From contig CAWJWI010000004.1 in the NCBI GenBank assembly GCA_963846555.1, positions 902,371-966,370 of the forward strand: a DNA stretch of 64,000 nucleotides, read 5' to 3'. The notes below the pieces were generated by a model. That model made no database searches. It saw only the letters and a list, made by a program, of their open reading frames with translations, and had not been told where the DNA came from. A program made the position numbers and the translations under genes. Below, one piece after another: positions 1 to 9,874 of the stretch. Source of the DNA: an uncultured Microthrixaceae bacterium (lineage in GTDB: Bacteria; Actinomycetota; Acidimicrobiia; Acidimicrobiales; VFJN01). The number at the start of each line of letters is the position of its first letter. Positions within the stretch are counted from its first letter, which is position 1.

Positions 1-566
1 CCTGCGCGACCGGATGCTCGTGAGCATGTCCGAGGAGGAGTGGGACGTCGTCGTGGCCTGCCACATGAAGGGCCACTTCGTGCCCACCCGCTTCGCGGCC
101 GCCCACTGGCGCGAGCAGGCCAAGGCCGGCAACGAGGTCGCGGGCGTCGGTGATCCACACGTCGTCCACCTCTGGTCTTCTCGGCAACCCGGGTCAGACC
201 AACTACGGCGCCGCCAAGGCCGGCATCGGCGCGTTCAGCATCATCTGCGCCAAGGAGCTGGCCCGCTACGGCGTGCGATCCAACTGCATCGCGCCCGCGG
301 CCCGCACCCGCCTCACCGAGGCCACGCCCGGCCTGGGCGAGATGGTGGCGGCGCCGAGCGACGGCTTCGACGTGTGGGATCCGGCCAACGTCTCGCCCCT
401 CGTCGCCTACCTCGCCACGGCCGACTGCCCGCTGACGGGCCGGACCTTCTTCGCCCAGGGCGGCACGATCCGCGCCCTCGAGCCGTGGAGCTTCGGTGAG
501 ACCATCGAGCGGGACGACCGCTGGACGGTCGCCGCCCTGGCTGAGGCGCTTCCCTCGATCTTCTAG
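1..566 (+). pseudogene. SDR-family oxidoreductase (FabG-like); 5' end lies outside the window; apparent 1-nt frameshift near 149
   Basis: The frame of ORF 14..499 reads SDR-like ([16 protein letters not shown]...AGNEVAGV) and then degenerates. The frame of ORF 150..566 resumes with [26 protein letters not shown], the SDR Y-x3-K region. Removing one G in GTCGGTG (146-152) joins the two frames. Confidence 0.7.
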
Positions 567-574
567 GGGCGCGA

Positions 575-590
575 CCCTCTTCGAAGAGGG
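575..590 (+). terminator. Hairpin after the SDR gene (no U-tract)
   Basis: Perfect 16-nt palindrome CCCTCTTCGAAGAGGG starts 9 nt after the stop at 564-566. Confidence 0.4.
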
Positions 591-717
591 CGGGTGTACC
601 CTGAGCCTGTACGTGCCCGACGCGTTGGGGCGGTGTGCTGGACGTGGCGTTCCCCAGCCGCCGCGATGAGGCCGCCGCCCCAGCAGGTCGGGCACGTCCG
701 CGTCTGAGCGGCTGAGG

Positions 718-737
718 ACTTGACCCGCGGGTCAAGT
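718..737. promoter_or_regulatory. Palindromic operator (putative TetR site O2) upstream of the MFS pump
   Basis: Perfect 20-bp palindrome ACTTGACCCG/CGGGTCAAGT. Its core TTGACCCGnGGGTCAA recurs at 3449-3464 beside the TetR gene start. Confidence 0.6.
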
Positions 738-836
738 ATCCTCGCCCCGGTGGAGGAGCCCGACGATCGCCATCTCGACGACCTGTCGATCGATGCGCCG
801 GGCGCCGACGAGGTGGCGGTGGTGCCGTGGCCGCTC

Positions 837-2285
837 ATGCTGCGCGCTCGGGTGCACGACCGCGTCGCGTCCAGCCCGAAGTACCCCTGGCTGGTCCTCA
901 CCGTCGCCCTGTTCGGGCTGTTCTCGGTGGGGTTCACGATCACGATCCTGTCGGTCTCCATCCCCCGGATCGCCGACGAGCTGAACAGCGACACGAGCAC
1001 CGTGACGTGGGTGGTCACAGGGCCGCTCCTCGCCTTCGCCGTGGTCGGCCCGGCCATGGGCAAGCTGGGCGACCTCTACGGCCACCGCCGCGTCTACGGC
1101 CTCTCGATGGCCTGCGTCTCCATCTTCGCGGCCTTGACCGCGGTGGCGTGGAGCGCCGGTGCCCTCATCGCCTTCCGCACCCTCGGGGCGGCCACCGGCG
1201 CGGCCGTGGGCCCCGCGTCGATCGCCATCATCAACCGCCTGTTCCCGCGCGAGCGCCGGGTGCAGGCCATGGGCTACTGGTCGATGGTCGGAGCCGGCGG
1301 CCCCGTCATCGGCGTGGTGGCGGGTGGCCCGATCGTGGAGACGTTCGGATGGCGCTGGATCTTCATCGCCCAGGTGCCGCTGACCATGGCTGGCCTCCTC
1401 CTCGCGATGCTCGTGCTCCCCGAGACCGAGCGCCGCGAGCGGGCCCGCTTCGACTGGGCCGGTGCTCTCGTGCTCGCCGTCGGGGCGACGTCCCTGCTCT
1501 TCGCCATCAACCGAGGTCCGCTGTGGGGCTGGTCGAGTCCCGCCATCGTGGCCGGCTTCGTCGTGGCGCCAGTGGCGGTGGCCTGCTTCGCCCGCATCGA
1601 GCGGCGGGTCGCCAGCCCGCTGCTCCCGCTCGCGTACCTGCGACAGCGCAACTTCACCTTCGCCATAGCCACCCAGGCCTTCATCAACTTCGCCTACATG
1701 GGCGGCTTCATCATCACGCCGCTCTTCCTCGAGTCGGTGTTCGGCTACCCCGAGACCCGCGTGGGCGCATTGATGATCTCTCGACCGCTGGCGTTCGCGA
1801 TAGCCGGACCGCTGGCCGGGTACGTCGCCGTCCGGATCGGGGAGCGCACGTCGGCTGTCCTCGGGTCGGCCTTCGTCGTGGCCTCGATGGTGGCGCTAGC
1901 CGCGGTTGCACCCGGATCGTCGGACCTCGTGATCGTGGGATCCCTGGTGCTCTCGGGCGTCGGGCTGGGCTGTGCTTCGCCGGCTCTGGCGGCGAGCATC
2001 GCCAACGCCGTCGACGAGCGCGACCTGGGTGTGGCCGGGGCCTTCCAGCAGATGATGACGCAGCTGGCCGTGGTCATCGGGATACAGGTCATGCAGACCG
2101 TGTCGGTCGTGCGGGAGCCCTCCGTCGGCGAGGTGGGGGCCTACGGCGAGGCCTACCTGCTCGGCGGCCTCGTAGCCGCTCTCGGCCTCGTCACGGCCAC
2201 GTTCGTGCAGTCGAGCCAGAGACGCGACAGAGGCGCCCCGGAGGGCGCCCCTGTCCAACGCGACGGCGAGCCTGCGCTCGCCTGA
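837..2285 (+). CDS. MFS transporter, DHA2/EmrB-like drug:H+ antiporter
   Basis: Many-TM hydrophobic profile and MFS motif GKLGDLYGHRR. The ORF opens at TTG 720, but that codon sits inside the operator palindrome. The first ATG at 837 gives a normal short N-terminus. The start is uncertain (720-837). Confidence 0.85.
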   Translation: MLRARVHDRVASSPKYPWLVLTVALFGLFSVGFTITILSVSIPRIADELNSDTSTVTWVVTGPLLAFAVVGPAMGKLGDLYGHRRVYGLSMACVSIFAALTAVAWSAGALIAFRTLGAATGAAVGPASIAIINRLFPRERRVQAMGYWSMVGAGGPVIGVVAGGPIVETFGWRWIFIAQVPLTMAGLLLAMLVLPETERRERARFDWAGALVLAVGATSLLFAINRGPLWGWSSPAIVAGFVVAPVAVACFARIERRVASPLLPLAYLRQRNFTFAIATQAFINFAYMGGFIITPLFLESVFGYPETRVGALMISRPLAFAIAGPLAGYVAVRIGERTSAVLGSAFVVASMVALAAVAPGSSDLVIVGSLVLSGVGLGCASPALAASIANAVDERDLGVAGAFQQMMTQLAVVIGIQVMQTVSVVREPSVGEVGAYGEAYLLGGLVAALGLVTATFVQSSQRRDRGAPEGAPVQRDGEPALA

Positions 2286-2296
2286 GGTCACGGACG

Positions 2297-2710
2297 TCAG
2301 TCCGCGGTGATCTCCTTGATCTTCGCCGCGATCTCGGCCTGAGCCGGATCCGGCGTGCCCTGCTGCATGGCCATGAGCTTGGTCATGTCGCCCTGCACCT
2401 TGATCTTGCCGGCCATGAAGGCCTGCATGCCGGCCTGCGGGTTGCCGTCCACGAGGATGGCCTTGGCCGTGGCGTAGTCCAGCGTGACGGTGAGGTCCGG
2501 GCCCTCGAGGTGGCCGAGGTCCATCTGCACGTCGCCACCGGAGGTGTCCATGTGGGCGTCGATGGTGCCGCTGCCGAAGGGGACCTCGGTGATCACCTGG
2601 TTCATGCGGACGGCGTGGGCGGGCGGTGCGCCGGCGCCGCCGCTCTCCTCACGGATCTTCTTGGCGGCCTCGAGCCACTCGTCGGAAAGGAAGGGGTACT
2701 GCTCAGCCAC
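2297..2710 (-). CDS. SCP2 sterol-carrier-like domain protein
   Basis: 137-aa ORF MAEQYPFLSDEWLEAAKKI...AFMAGKIKVQGDMTKLMAMQ resembles small SCP2-fold proteins. It lies downstream of the TetR gene on the same strand. Confidence 0.65.
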   Translation of the reverse strand: MAEQYPFLSDEWLEAAKKIREESGGAGAPPAHAVRMNQVITEVPFGSGTIDAHMDTSGGDVQMDLGHLEGPDLTVTLDYATAKAILVDGNPQAGMQAFMAGKIKVQGDMTKLMAMQQGTPDPAQAEIAAKIKEITAD

Positions 2711-2787
2711 GGGGGAACCTCCAGGTCAGGGCCGATCGGCCGGGGCACCGTACCACCGCGTTTGCACGGCGCGTGCAGGAACTGCGA

Positions 2788-3468
2788 TCAGGCTGGTGCA
2801 GCCACTGCAGCCCCGCGCAGGGCGTCGGCGATCGCGTCTTCATCGGCGGCCAGGGAGTGCACGACGTAACGGGCCACGAACGCAGCCAGCTCTTCGAGGG
2901 GCAGTGTGATCCGACCCGTCCGATGGAAGTGGGAGTAGTGGCCGACGCATCCCACGACGCCCAGGGCCAGCAGCTCGGGGTCGTCCTCTCGGACGGAGCC
3001 GTCGGCCTGGCCCGCCTTCACGATGCGGACCATGTCCCCGATGTGCTGGGCCGTGCCCTGGCGCAGGACGTCGGTGAAGTTGCGGCCCTCCACCTCGAGG
3101 AGGGAGAAGAAGTGGGCGTGCTCAGCCATGAACATCACGGAGGTCTCGGTGCCCCGGTACAGGTTCACGAGCGGCAGGGCGTCGGGGTCGAGGACCCGGC
3201 CCTGCTTGCGACGCAGGTTGAGCCGAATGCTCTCCGCCAGCTCGCGGAACAGGGCCTCCTTGTTCTCGAAGTACCAGTAGAAGAGGCCCTTCGCCACCCC
3301 TGCCGCCCGCACGATGTCGATGACACGGGTCTCCGCGTACCCACGCTCCGCGAACAGCTCGGCAGCGCGGTCCAGGAGCTGCTGCTTGCGCTCCAGGCCT
3401 TGGGCCGTGAGTCGGCGGTCGGGTTCCACGGCAGAAGCGTGCCCCGCCTTGACCCGTGGGTCAATCAT
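2788..3468 (-). CDS. TetR/AcrR family transcriptional regulator
   Basis: N-terminal HTH RKQQLLDRAAELFAERGYAETRVIDIVRAAGVAKGLFYWYFENKEALF. The start could be a downstream GTG (about 3429), because 3449-3464 is an operator. Confidence 0.9.
   Translation of the reverse strand: MIDPRVKAGHASAVEPDRRLTAQGLERKQQLLDRAAELFAERGYAETRVIDIVRAAGVAKGLFYWYFENKEALFRELAESIRLNLRRKQGRVLDPDALPLVNLYRGTETSVMFMAEHAHFFSLLEVEGRNFTDVLRQGTAQHIGDMVRIVKAGQADGSVREDDPELLALGVVGCVGHYSHFHRTGRITLPLEELAAFVARYVVHSLAADEDAIADALRGAAVAAPA
3449..3464. promoter_or_regulatory. Palindromic operator (putative TetR site O1) in the TetR/ferredoxin divergent region
   Basis: TTGACCCG/TGGGTCAA has one mismatch from a perfect palindrome. It shares its core with the site at 718-737. 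Confidence 0.6.
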
Positions 3469-3494
3469 CGGGAGGCGGTGGTACCTTCCCCAGG

Positions 3495-3800
3495 ATGGCT
3501 GCCACCACCAGGCCCGAGCGACTCGAGGCGAGGGAGCGGAACCCCAAGTGGCAGAACCCGCCGCTGCTGATCGACATGTCGATCTGCATCAACTGCGACA
3601 CGTGCATCCGCCACTGCCCGCCCCAGTTCGGCGCCATCTTCAACCACGGGATGGATGTCGTGATCATCCCCGAGCTCTGCTCGGGCTGCAACAAGTGCCT
3701 CGACCCCTGCCCGGTCGACTGCATCTACCCGGATCCTGACTGGACGCCCGCCCCCGAGGACTGGTGGCGGGAGCCGGCCACCGACGACCCCTACCGATAG
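3495..3800 (+). CDS. 2x[4Fe-4S] ferredoxin
   Basis: Two CxxCxxCxxxCP motifs (CINCDTCIRHCP and CSGCNKCLDPCP). The ATG is at 3495. Confidence 0.85.
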   Translation: MAATTRPERLEARERNPKWQNPPLLIDMSICINCDTCIRHCPPQFGAIFNHGMDVVIIPELCSGCNKCLDPCPVDCIYPDPDWTPAPEDWWREPATDDPYR

Positions 3801-3808
3801 GACCTGCC

Positions 3809-4588
3809 ATGCCCCGGACCTCTGCTGATGACGTCCATCCGGTCCTGCCGGGCTGCGAGCCCTGGTCGTCGCCGGGCGGAGGCCCCTCCGGGGCGCTCGT
3901 GCTGCACGGCTTCACGGGCAGCCCCGTGTCGATGCGCCCTCTCGCCGAGGCGCTCGCCGACGCTGGCTTCGCCGTCGAGATGCCCCGGCTCCCCGGCCAC
4001 GGCACAGATGTGGCCGACCTGGCCGAGACGACATGGGACGACTGGCTGACCGAGGCCGATGAAGCCCTCGGTCGCGTGCAGGCCCGGGTGGGCGACGGCA
4101 AGGTCCTGGTGGTCGGCCTCTCGATGGGCGGCGCCCTCACGGCGGCGCTGGCCCAAGGCCACCCCGAGCTGGCCGGCATCGTGCTCATCAACGCCCCGGT
4201 GGACGCTCCCGCCGAGCTGGCCGTCAGCCTCGAGGAGATGATGGCTGGTGGGGTGGACATCATCGACTCCATCGGCGGTGACATCGCCGACCCCGACGCC
4301 GACGAAGCGTCCTACGACGCCACCCCGCTGCGCCCCCTCGTCACGATGCTCATGGCGGGCCAGGACGTTCGGGCCCGCCTGAGCGAGATCCGCCAGCCCA
4401 CGCTGATCATCACCAGCCGACAGGACCACGTCGTCAACCCCGAGGACTCCGACGTGCTCGCCGAGAACATCAGCGGTCCAGTGGAGCGGCTGTGGCTCGA
4501 GAAGAGCTTCCACGTGGCCACGCTCGACTACGACAAGGACGAGCTCGAGGCGGCCGTGGTCGCCTTCGCGCAGCGCGTCACGAGCTGA
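3809..4588 (+). CDS. Alpha/beta hydrolase (carboxylesterase / lysophospholipase-like)
   Basis: LHGFTGSP oxyanion region and GLSMGG nucleophile elbow. The ATG at 3809 follows the ferredoxin stop. Confidence 0.8.
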   Translation: MPRTSADDVHPVLPGCEPWSSPGGGPSGALVLHGFTGSPVSMRPLAEALADAGFAVEMPRLPGHGTDVADLAETTWDDWLTEADEALGRVQARVGDGKVLVVGLSMGGALTAALAQGHPELAGIVLINAPVDAPAELAVSLEEMMAGGVDIIDSIGGDIADPDADEASYDATPLRPLVTMLMAGQDVRARLSEIRQPTLIITSRQDHVVNPEDSDVLAENISGPVERLWLEKSFHVATLDYDKDELEAAVVAFAQRVTS

Positions 4589-4633
4589 TCCCGACCGATC
4601 AGTTCGGTCTCCCGGTCTCGTCCGCCCTCGGAG

Positions 4634-5662
4634 ATGCCGCCGAGCGACGGAGCTAGCCTCATGACGATGACGACGACCCCGCCCGTCGGCCTCGGGTCAG
4701 CGCGCCCGAGTGCAGCGGATGTCGAAGCCGCCCTGGAGGACCACCGCCGGGAGCTGACCGGCTACTGCTACCGCATGCTCGGCTCGGGCTCGGAGGCCGA
4801 GGACGCCGTTCAGGAGACGCTCGTGCGGGCCTGGAAGGCGATGGACCGCTTCGAGGGTCGCTCCTCGGTGCGCTCCTGGCTGTACCGCATCGCCACCAAC
4901 GTGTGCGTCGACATGCTCCGTGGCCCGCAGCGCCGGGCTCGTCCGATGGACCTCAGCCCCTCCTCGACGGTCGAGAGCGCGGTGCTGCGCCCGCAGCCCG
5001 AGAACACCTTCGTGCAGCCGATCGCCGACGCCCGGGTGGTGCCCACCGAGGGCGACCCCGCTGAGATCGCGGCAGCGCGGGACTCGATCAGGCTGGCCTT
5101 CGTCGCCGCCCTTCAGCACCTGCCGGCGCGACAGCGGGCGGTGCTGATCCTGCGCGAGGTCCTCCGCTGGTCGGCCATCGAGGTGGCCGAGCTGCTCGAC
5201 ACGAGCGTGCCGTCCGTCAACAGCGCGCTCCAGCGAGCCCGAGCCACCCTCGCCGGCCTCGAGGTCGAAGAGCTCGACACCACCGTCGGCCCGGAGCACG
5301 AGGCCCTGCTGGCCCGCTACGTCGACGCCTTCGAGCGCTACGACATGACCGCGCTGGCCAAGCTGCTGCGCGACGACGTCGTCATCTCCATGCCTCCGCA
5401 CGACCTGTGGCTCCAAGGGCCCGAGCAGGTCGTCGGCTGGATGGTCGGGCCGGGCCACGCCTGTGCGGGCTCGAAGCTCCTCCCCGTGCTGGCCAACGGC
5501 ACCGCCGGCTTCGGCAGCTACAAGCCGGCCGGTCCGGGTCGCTGGGATCCGTGGGCCCTGCAGGTGATCGAGGTCAGGGACGGTGCCATCTCGGCCCACC
5601 ACAACTTCCTCTACCCCGAGCTGTTCGCCGAGTTCGGCCTGCCGCCCCACCTCGAGGGCTAG
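4634..5662 (+). CDS. ECF-type sigma-70 factor with SnoaL/NTF2-like C-terminal extension (SigG/SigJ-like)
   Basis: Region 2 is YCYRMLGSGSEAEDAVQETLVRAW. Region 4 is LPARQRAVLILREVLRWSAIEVAELLDTSVPSVNSALQRAR. An extra C-terminal domain of about 150 aa follows. Confidence 0.85.
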   Translation: MPPSDGASLMTMTTTPPVGLGSARPSAADVEAALEDHRRELTGYCYRMLGSGSEAEDAVQETLVRAWKAMDRFEGRSSVRSWLYRIATNVCVDMLRGPQRRARPMDLSPSSTVESAVLRPQPENTFVQPIADARVVPTEGDPAEIAAARDSIRLAFVAALQHLPARQRAVLILREVLRWSAIEVAELLDTSVPSVNSALQRARATLAGLEVEELDTTVGPEHEALLARYVDAFERYDMTALAKLLRDDVVISMPPHDLWLQGPEQVVGWMVGPGHACAGSKLLPVLANGTAGFGSYKPAGPGRWDPWALQVIEVRDGAISAHHNFLYPELFAEFGLPPHLEG

Positions 5663-5889
5663 TCGAGCTGGTCGGCGAGGCCGACCATCTCGAAGAGCTC
5701 CCGCAGGTCCGACCGCACCTCGGCGATGCGCACGTCCCATCCGAGCTGCTTGGCCAGCAGCCGGAGGCGGAGCAGGTCGTCGACGAGCCCGAGGTCGCAG
5801 CGACCGTCGCGGTCGACCCCGCCGAGCCGCACATGGCGGTCGCCCTGCACGAGCAGGACGACAGCCCGGGGTGCCGCGTCGTCTCCCAC
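5659..5889 (-). CDS. Small hypothetical protein with STAS-like C-terminal pattern
   Basis: The frame has high GC3. The segment DLGLVDDLLRLRLLAKQLGWDVRIAEVRSDLRELFEMVGL resembles the end of anti-sigma-antagonist (STAS) domains. The GTG at 5889 is a guess, and the stop overlaps the sigma-factor stop. Confidence 0.35.
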   Translation of the reverse strand: MGDDAAPRAVVLLVQGDRHVRLGGVDRDGRCDLGLVDDLLRLRLLAKQLGWDVRIAEVRSDLRELFEMVGLADQLD

Positions 5890-5995
5890 GTCCGGTTGAC
5901 GGGACGGCGGCCCAGAACTCACCGATGAGTTCAAACCGCGTGCGTCGTCTCTCCCGTGAACGTACGGTCCGAACCGGGCTGGTCGAGGAGGACAT

Positions 5996-6972
<977 letters not shown>

Positions 6973-6976
<4 letters not shown>

Positions 6977-7824
6977 CCACCACCACCCCCACCGCCACCC
7001 AGGCCGAGCCGCTGATCTCCGAGGAGGCCCTGCGCTCCGCCTTGTCCATCAGCATCCGTCCAGAGCCCCCCACCGCCGTGCAGGCGTCGCTCGTGTTCGG
7101 ATGGCGGGCCATGCTCAAGATCAAGCACGTCCCGATGCAGCTCTTCGACGTGACCGCGTTCCCGATCATGTTCGTGCTGCTCTACACGTACCTCTTCGGC
7201 GGGGCGCTGGCCGGCTCGCCCCGGGAGTACCTCCAGGCGCTCCTGCCCGGCATCCTCGTGATGACGGTGTCGATGATCACCATCTACACGGGCATGGCTC
7301 TGAACAACGACGTGCAGAAGGGCATCTTCGACCGGTTCCGGTCGCTCCCGATCTGGCGGCCCGCCGTGCTCGTAGGGATGCTGCTCGCCGACGCAGCCCG
7401 GTACGTCGCGGCCTCCGCGGTGGTCCTGGTGCTCGGCACCGCCCTCGGGTTCCGACCCGACGGCGGTCCGATCGGAGTCCTGGCTGCTGTGGCCCTGCTG
7501 ATCGTCTTCTGCTTCTGCTTGTCGTGGGTGTGGATGGTGCTCGGGCTGAAGGCGCAGACCGCGGAGACCGTGATGCAGATGAGCATGACGATCCTCTTCC
7601 CGCTCACCTTCGCCAGCAACGTCTTCGTCGACCCTGACACGATGCCCGGCTGGGTGCAGGCCTTCGTCCGGGTCAACCCGATCACCCACCTCACCGAGGC
7701 CTCCCGGGCCCTCATGCACGGCACCGACGTCGGAGGCTCGATCGGCTGGGTGCTGCTGTGGTCCGTCGGCCTCCTAGCGGTCTTCGCACCGCTCGCCATG
7801 CGGGAGTACAACCGGGAGCGCTGA
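6973..7824 (+). CDS. ABC-2 type transporter permease (DrrB-like)
   Basis: Its ATG overlaps the ATPase stop (ATGA). The product is a multi-TM hydrophobic protein. Confidence 0.85.
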
Positions 7825-7844
7825 GCCGAAGCTGAAGCGTCCGG

Positions 7845-8093
7845 TCAGGAGTCTTCGGGGATGGCCTCCCACCACTGGCACCACCAGTCGGCGCCCACGA
7901 GGATCCGGAGCTGCTGGTGCCAGCAGTACGAGATCCCCTCGTCGGGGTTCAGGTAGTACAGGCAGTTGTCGCAGCGCTCGTCTTCGTACGGCTTGCCCCG
8001 CAGCGTGGCCCGCTCCATCAGGTCCTTGAGCTTCAGCCAGTTCTGCTCGTCGATGGGCTTGGGCTCGGGGGTTGGGATCTCGTAGTCAGCCAT
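7845..8093 (-). CDS. Small 4-Cys protein, HiPIP-like (no signal peptide)
   Basis: 82 aa. CDNC-x12-C-x14-C with CxNCxxY and WWCQWW matches the HiPIP cluster-binding layout (CxxC...C...GWCxxW). Confidence 0.5.
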   Translation of the reverse strand: MADYEIPTPEPKPIDEQNWLKLKDLMERATLRGKPYEDERCDNCLYYLNPDEGISYCWHQQLRILVGADWWCQWWEAIPEDS

Positions 8094-8134
8094 GCGGGCA
8101 ACGTACCCAACCCACGTCGATGCCGAGACCGCCC

Positions 8135-8971
8135 TCAGGTCGCGGGGCGCAGCGGGCGGTAGATGCACTGCCCGCCACCCGACGCGTGCAGCTGGCCTCC
8201 CGGCGACCACACCTTCGCAGTCCACCCGAACAGGCCACCGGTCGACATCGGCGCAGCGCCGTCGCAGAGCAGCCACTCCTGGCCCGCCGTCGGCTGGTGG
8301 AAGGCGACGTTCAGGTCGAGGGTCGGTGCGGTGAAGGCCGGCTGGCGCCAGGCGTGCGGACGGTGGGCCGACGGCCAGCTGGGCAGGTCGACGAGGACCA
8401 CCGACCGGCAGGCGTCGACCCATGGGTCCTCGAAGGAGCCTCTGGGGAGGAACCGCAGCCACTCCTGCCAGCTCGCGGGTCGGGGGCCGTCCGGCGGCCA
8501 GTCCACCTCGAAGTGGATCGGCTTGGCGTCGAAGTTGAGCCAGAACGGGAACGGCGGCTCGGCGTCGGGGGGCAGCAGCTCCTCGATGCTCGGCAGCTCG
8601 TCGGGGCCGGGCACGTCGGGCGGGGTGGTCTCGTCGTGCTCGAGGCCCTCGCCGCCGCCCGTGCTCCAGACCATGGCGTCGAGGATGGGCCGGCCCTCCT
8701 GGCTGATCTCGACGCGGTGGGAGCTGGCCGAGCGCCCCTCGCGCCGAGCCTCGACACGGATGTCGATGGGCTCGAAGCGGGCCACCCCGAGGTAGTGGCA
8801 GGAGAACGCAGCCGGTCGGGGCTGGCTCGCGGCCAGACCCGCAGCCCGTAGGGCGAAGGACGCGATGTAGCCGCCCATCGGCCCCCAGATCTCCCACTCC
8901 CGGCTCGGGGTGGCCCGGTAGCGGCCGTCACCCAGCGCTTCGACGGCGGTGTCCTCGCCCAGGTCGCCCAT
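8135..8971 (-). CDS. Acyl-CoA thioesterase II-like (double hotdog) protein
   Basis: The motifs WGPMGGYIASFALRAAG...HYLGVARFEPIDIRVEARREGRSASSHRVEISQEGRPILDAMVW are typical of the TesB-like thioesterase superfamily. The start is ATG 8971 or 8980. Confidence 0.65.
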   Translation of the reverse strand: MGDLGEDTAVEALGDGRYRATPSREWEIWGPMGGYIASFALRAAGLAASQPRPAAFSCHYLGVARFEPIDIRVEARREGRSASSHRVEISQEGRPILDAMVWSTGGGEGLEHDETTPPDVPGPDELPSIEELLPPDAEPPFPFWLNFDAKPIHFEVDWPPDGPRPASWQEWLRFLPRGSFEDPWVDACRSVVLVDLPSWPSAHRPHAWRQPAFTAPTLDLNVAFHQPTAGQEWLLCDGAAPMSTGGLFGWTAKVWSPGGQLHASGGGQCIYRPLRPAT

Positions 8972-9011
8972 GCCGCGCATGCTGCCCGCAGCGGGCCGAG
9001 GGCACAAGCGG

Positions 9012-9749
9012 TTACATGACGAGCGACATGCCGCCGTCGACCACGAGCACGTGGCCCGTCAGGTACGGGTTGCGGACGAAGGCCAGCACGGCCTCGGCGC
9101 AGTCCTCCGGGGTGGCCGATCGGTGGAGCGGGGCAGCTGCGCTCACCGCTGCGTGCTGGGCATCCCAGTCGGCTGTCCACGGCGTCTCGACGAGGCCAGG
9201 GGCTACCGCGTTGAACCGCACGGGCGCGTGGGACTTGGCGAGGAGGACCGTGAGGTGGTTCAGGGCCGCCTTGGTCATCGAGTACGCCATCGAGGATCCG
9301 ACCGGGCGGATTCCAGCCACCGACGTGATGGTGATCACCGACGGATCCGGCGCCTGGCGCAGGTGGGGGATGGCGGCCTTGGTCAGCCACCACGTGCCGA
9401 ACACGTTGACATCGAAGGTCTTGCGGAAGATCTCATCCGTCAGAGCGTCGAGGTCGGCGTGGGGCACGACGGTGGTCCAGCCTGCGTTGTTCACGAGGAT
9501 GTCGAGGCGCCCGAAGCGCTCGACCGTCTGATCGAGGAGCGCCTGGCCCTGGGCCTGATCACTGATGTCGGCCTGGACGTAGATCGATTCGGTCGGCAGC
9601 CCTTCGGCCACCGCGGTGCCCGCCTCCACCGACGAAGCCGAGTTCACGACCACGTGCGCGCCCAAGCCGGCCAGCCGCCGGGCTGTGGCCTCGCCGATCC
9701 CACTCGACGACCCCGTCACGATCGCCACCCTGCCGTCGAGCTCACCCAT
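9012..9749 (-). CDS. SDR-family oxidoreductase
   Basis: The ORF carries TGSSSGIGEA (TGxxxGxG), NNAG and YSMTKAAL (YxxxK). Confidence 0.9.
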   Translation of the reverse strand: MGELDGRVAIVTGSSSGIGEATARRLAGLGAHVVVNSASSVEAGTAVAEGLPTESIYVQADISDQAQGQALLDQTVERFGRLDILVNNAGWTTVVPHADLDALTDEIFRKTFDVNVFGTWWLTKAAIPHLRQAPDPSVITITSVAGIRPVGSSMAYSMTKAALNHLTVLLAKSHAPVRFNAVAPGLVETPWTADWDAQHAAVSAAAPLHRSATPEDCAEAVLAFVRNPYLTGHVLVVDGGMSLVM

Positions 9750-9874
9750 GGCGTCTGCTCCTCTTGTCCGTGTGGCCGGCGAGCCTATGGCCGGCACAGA
9801 GCGGGCGGGCCCAGGCCAGCACCGCGCCGCTCCAGCGCAGCCGTCATGGGATCTGCCCCGCGTAGCGTGGCGGG

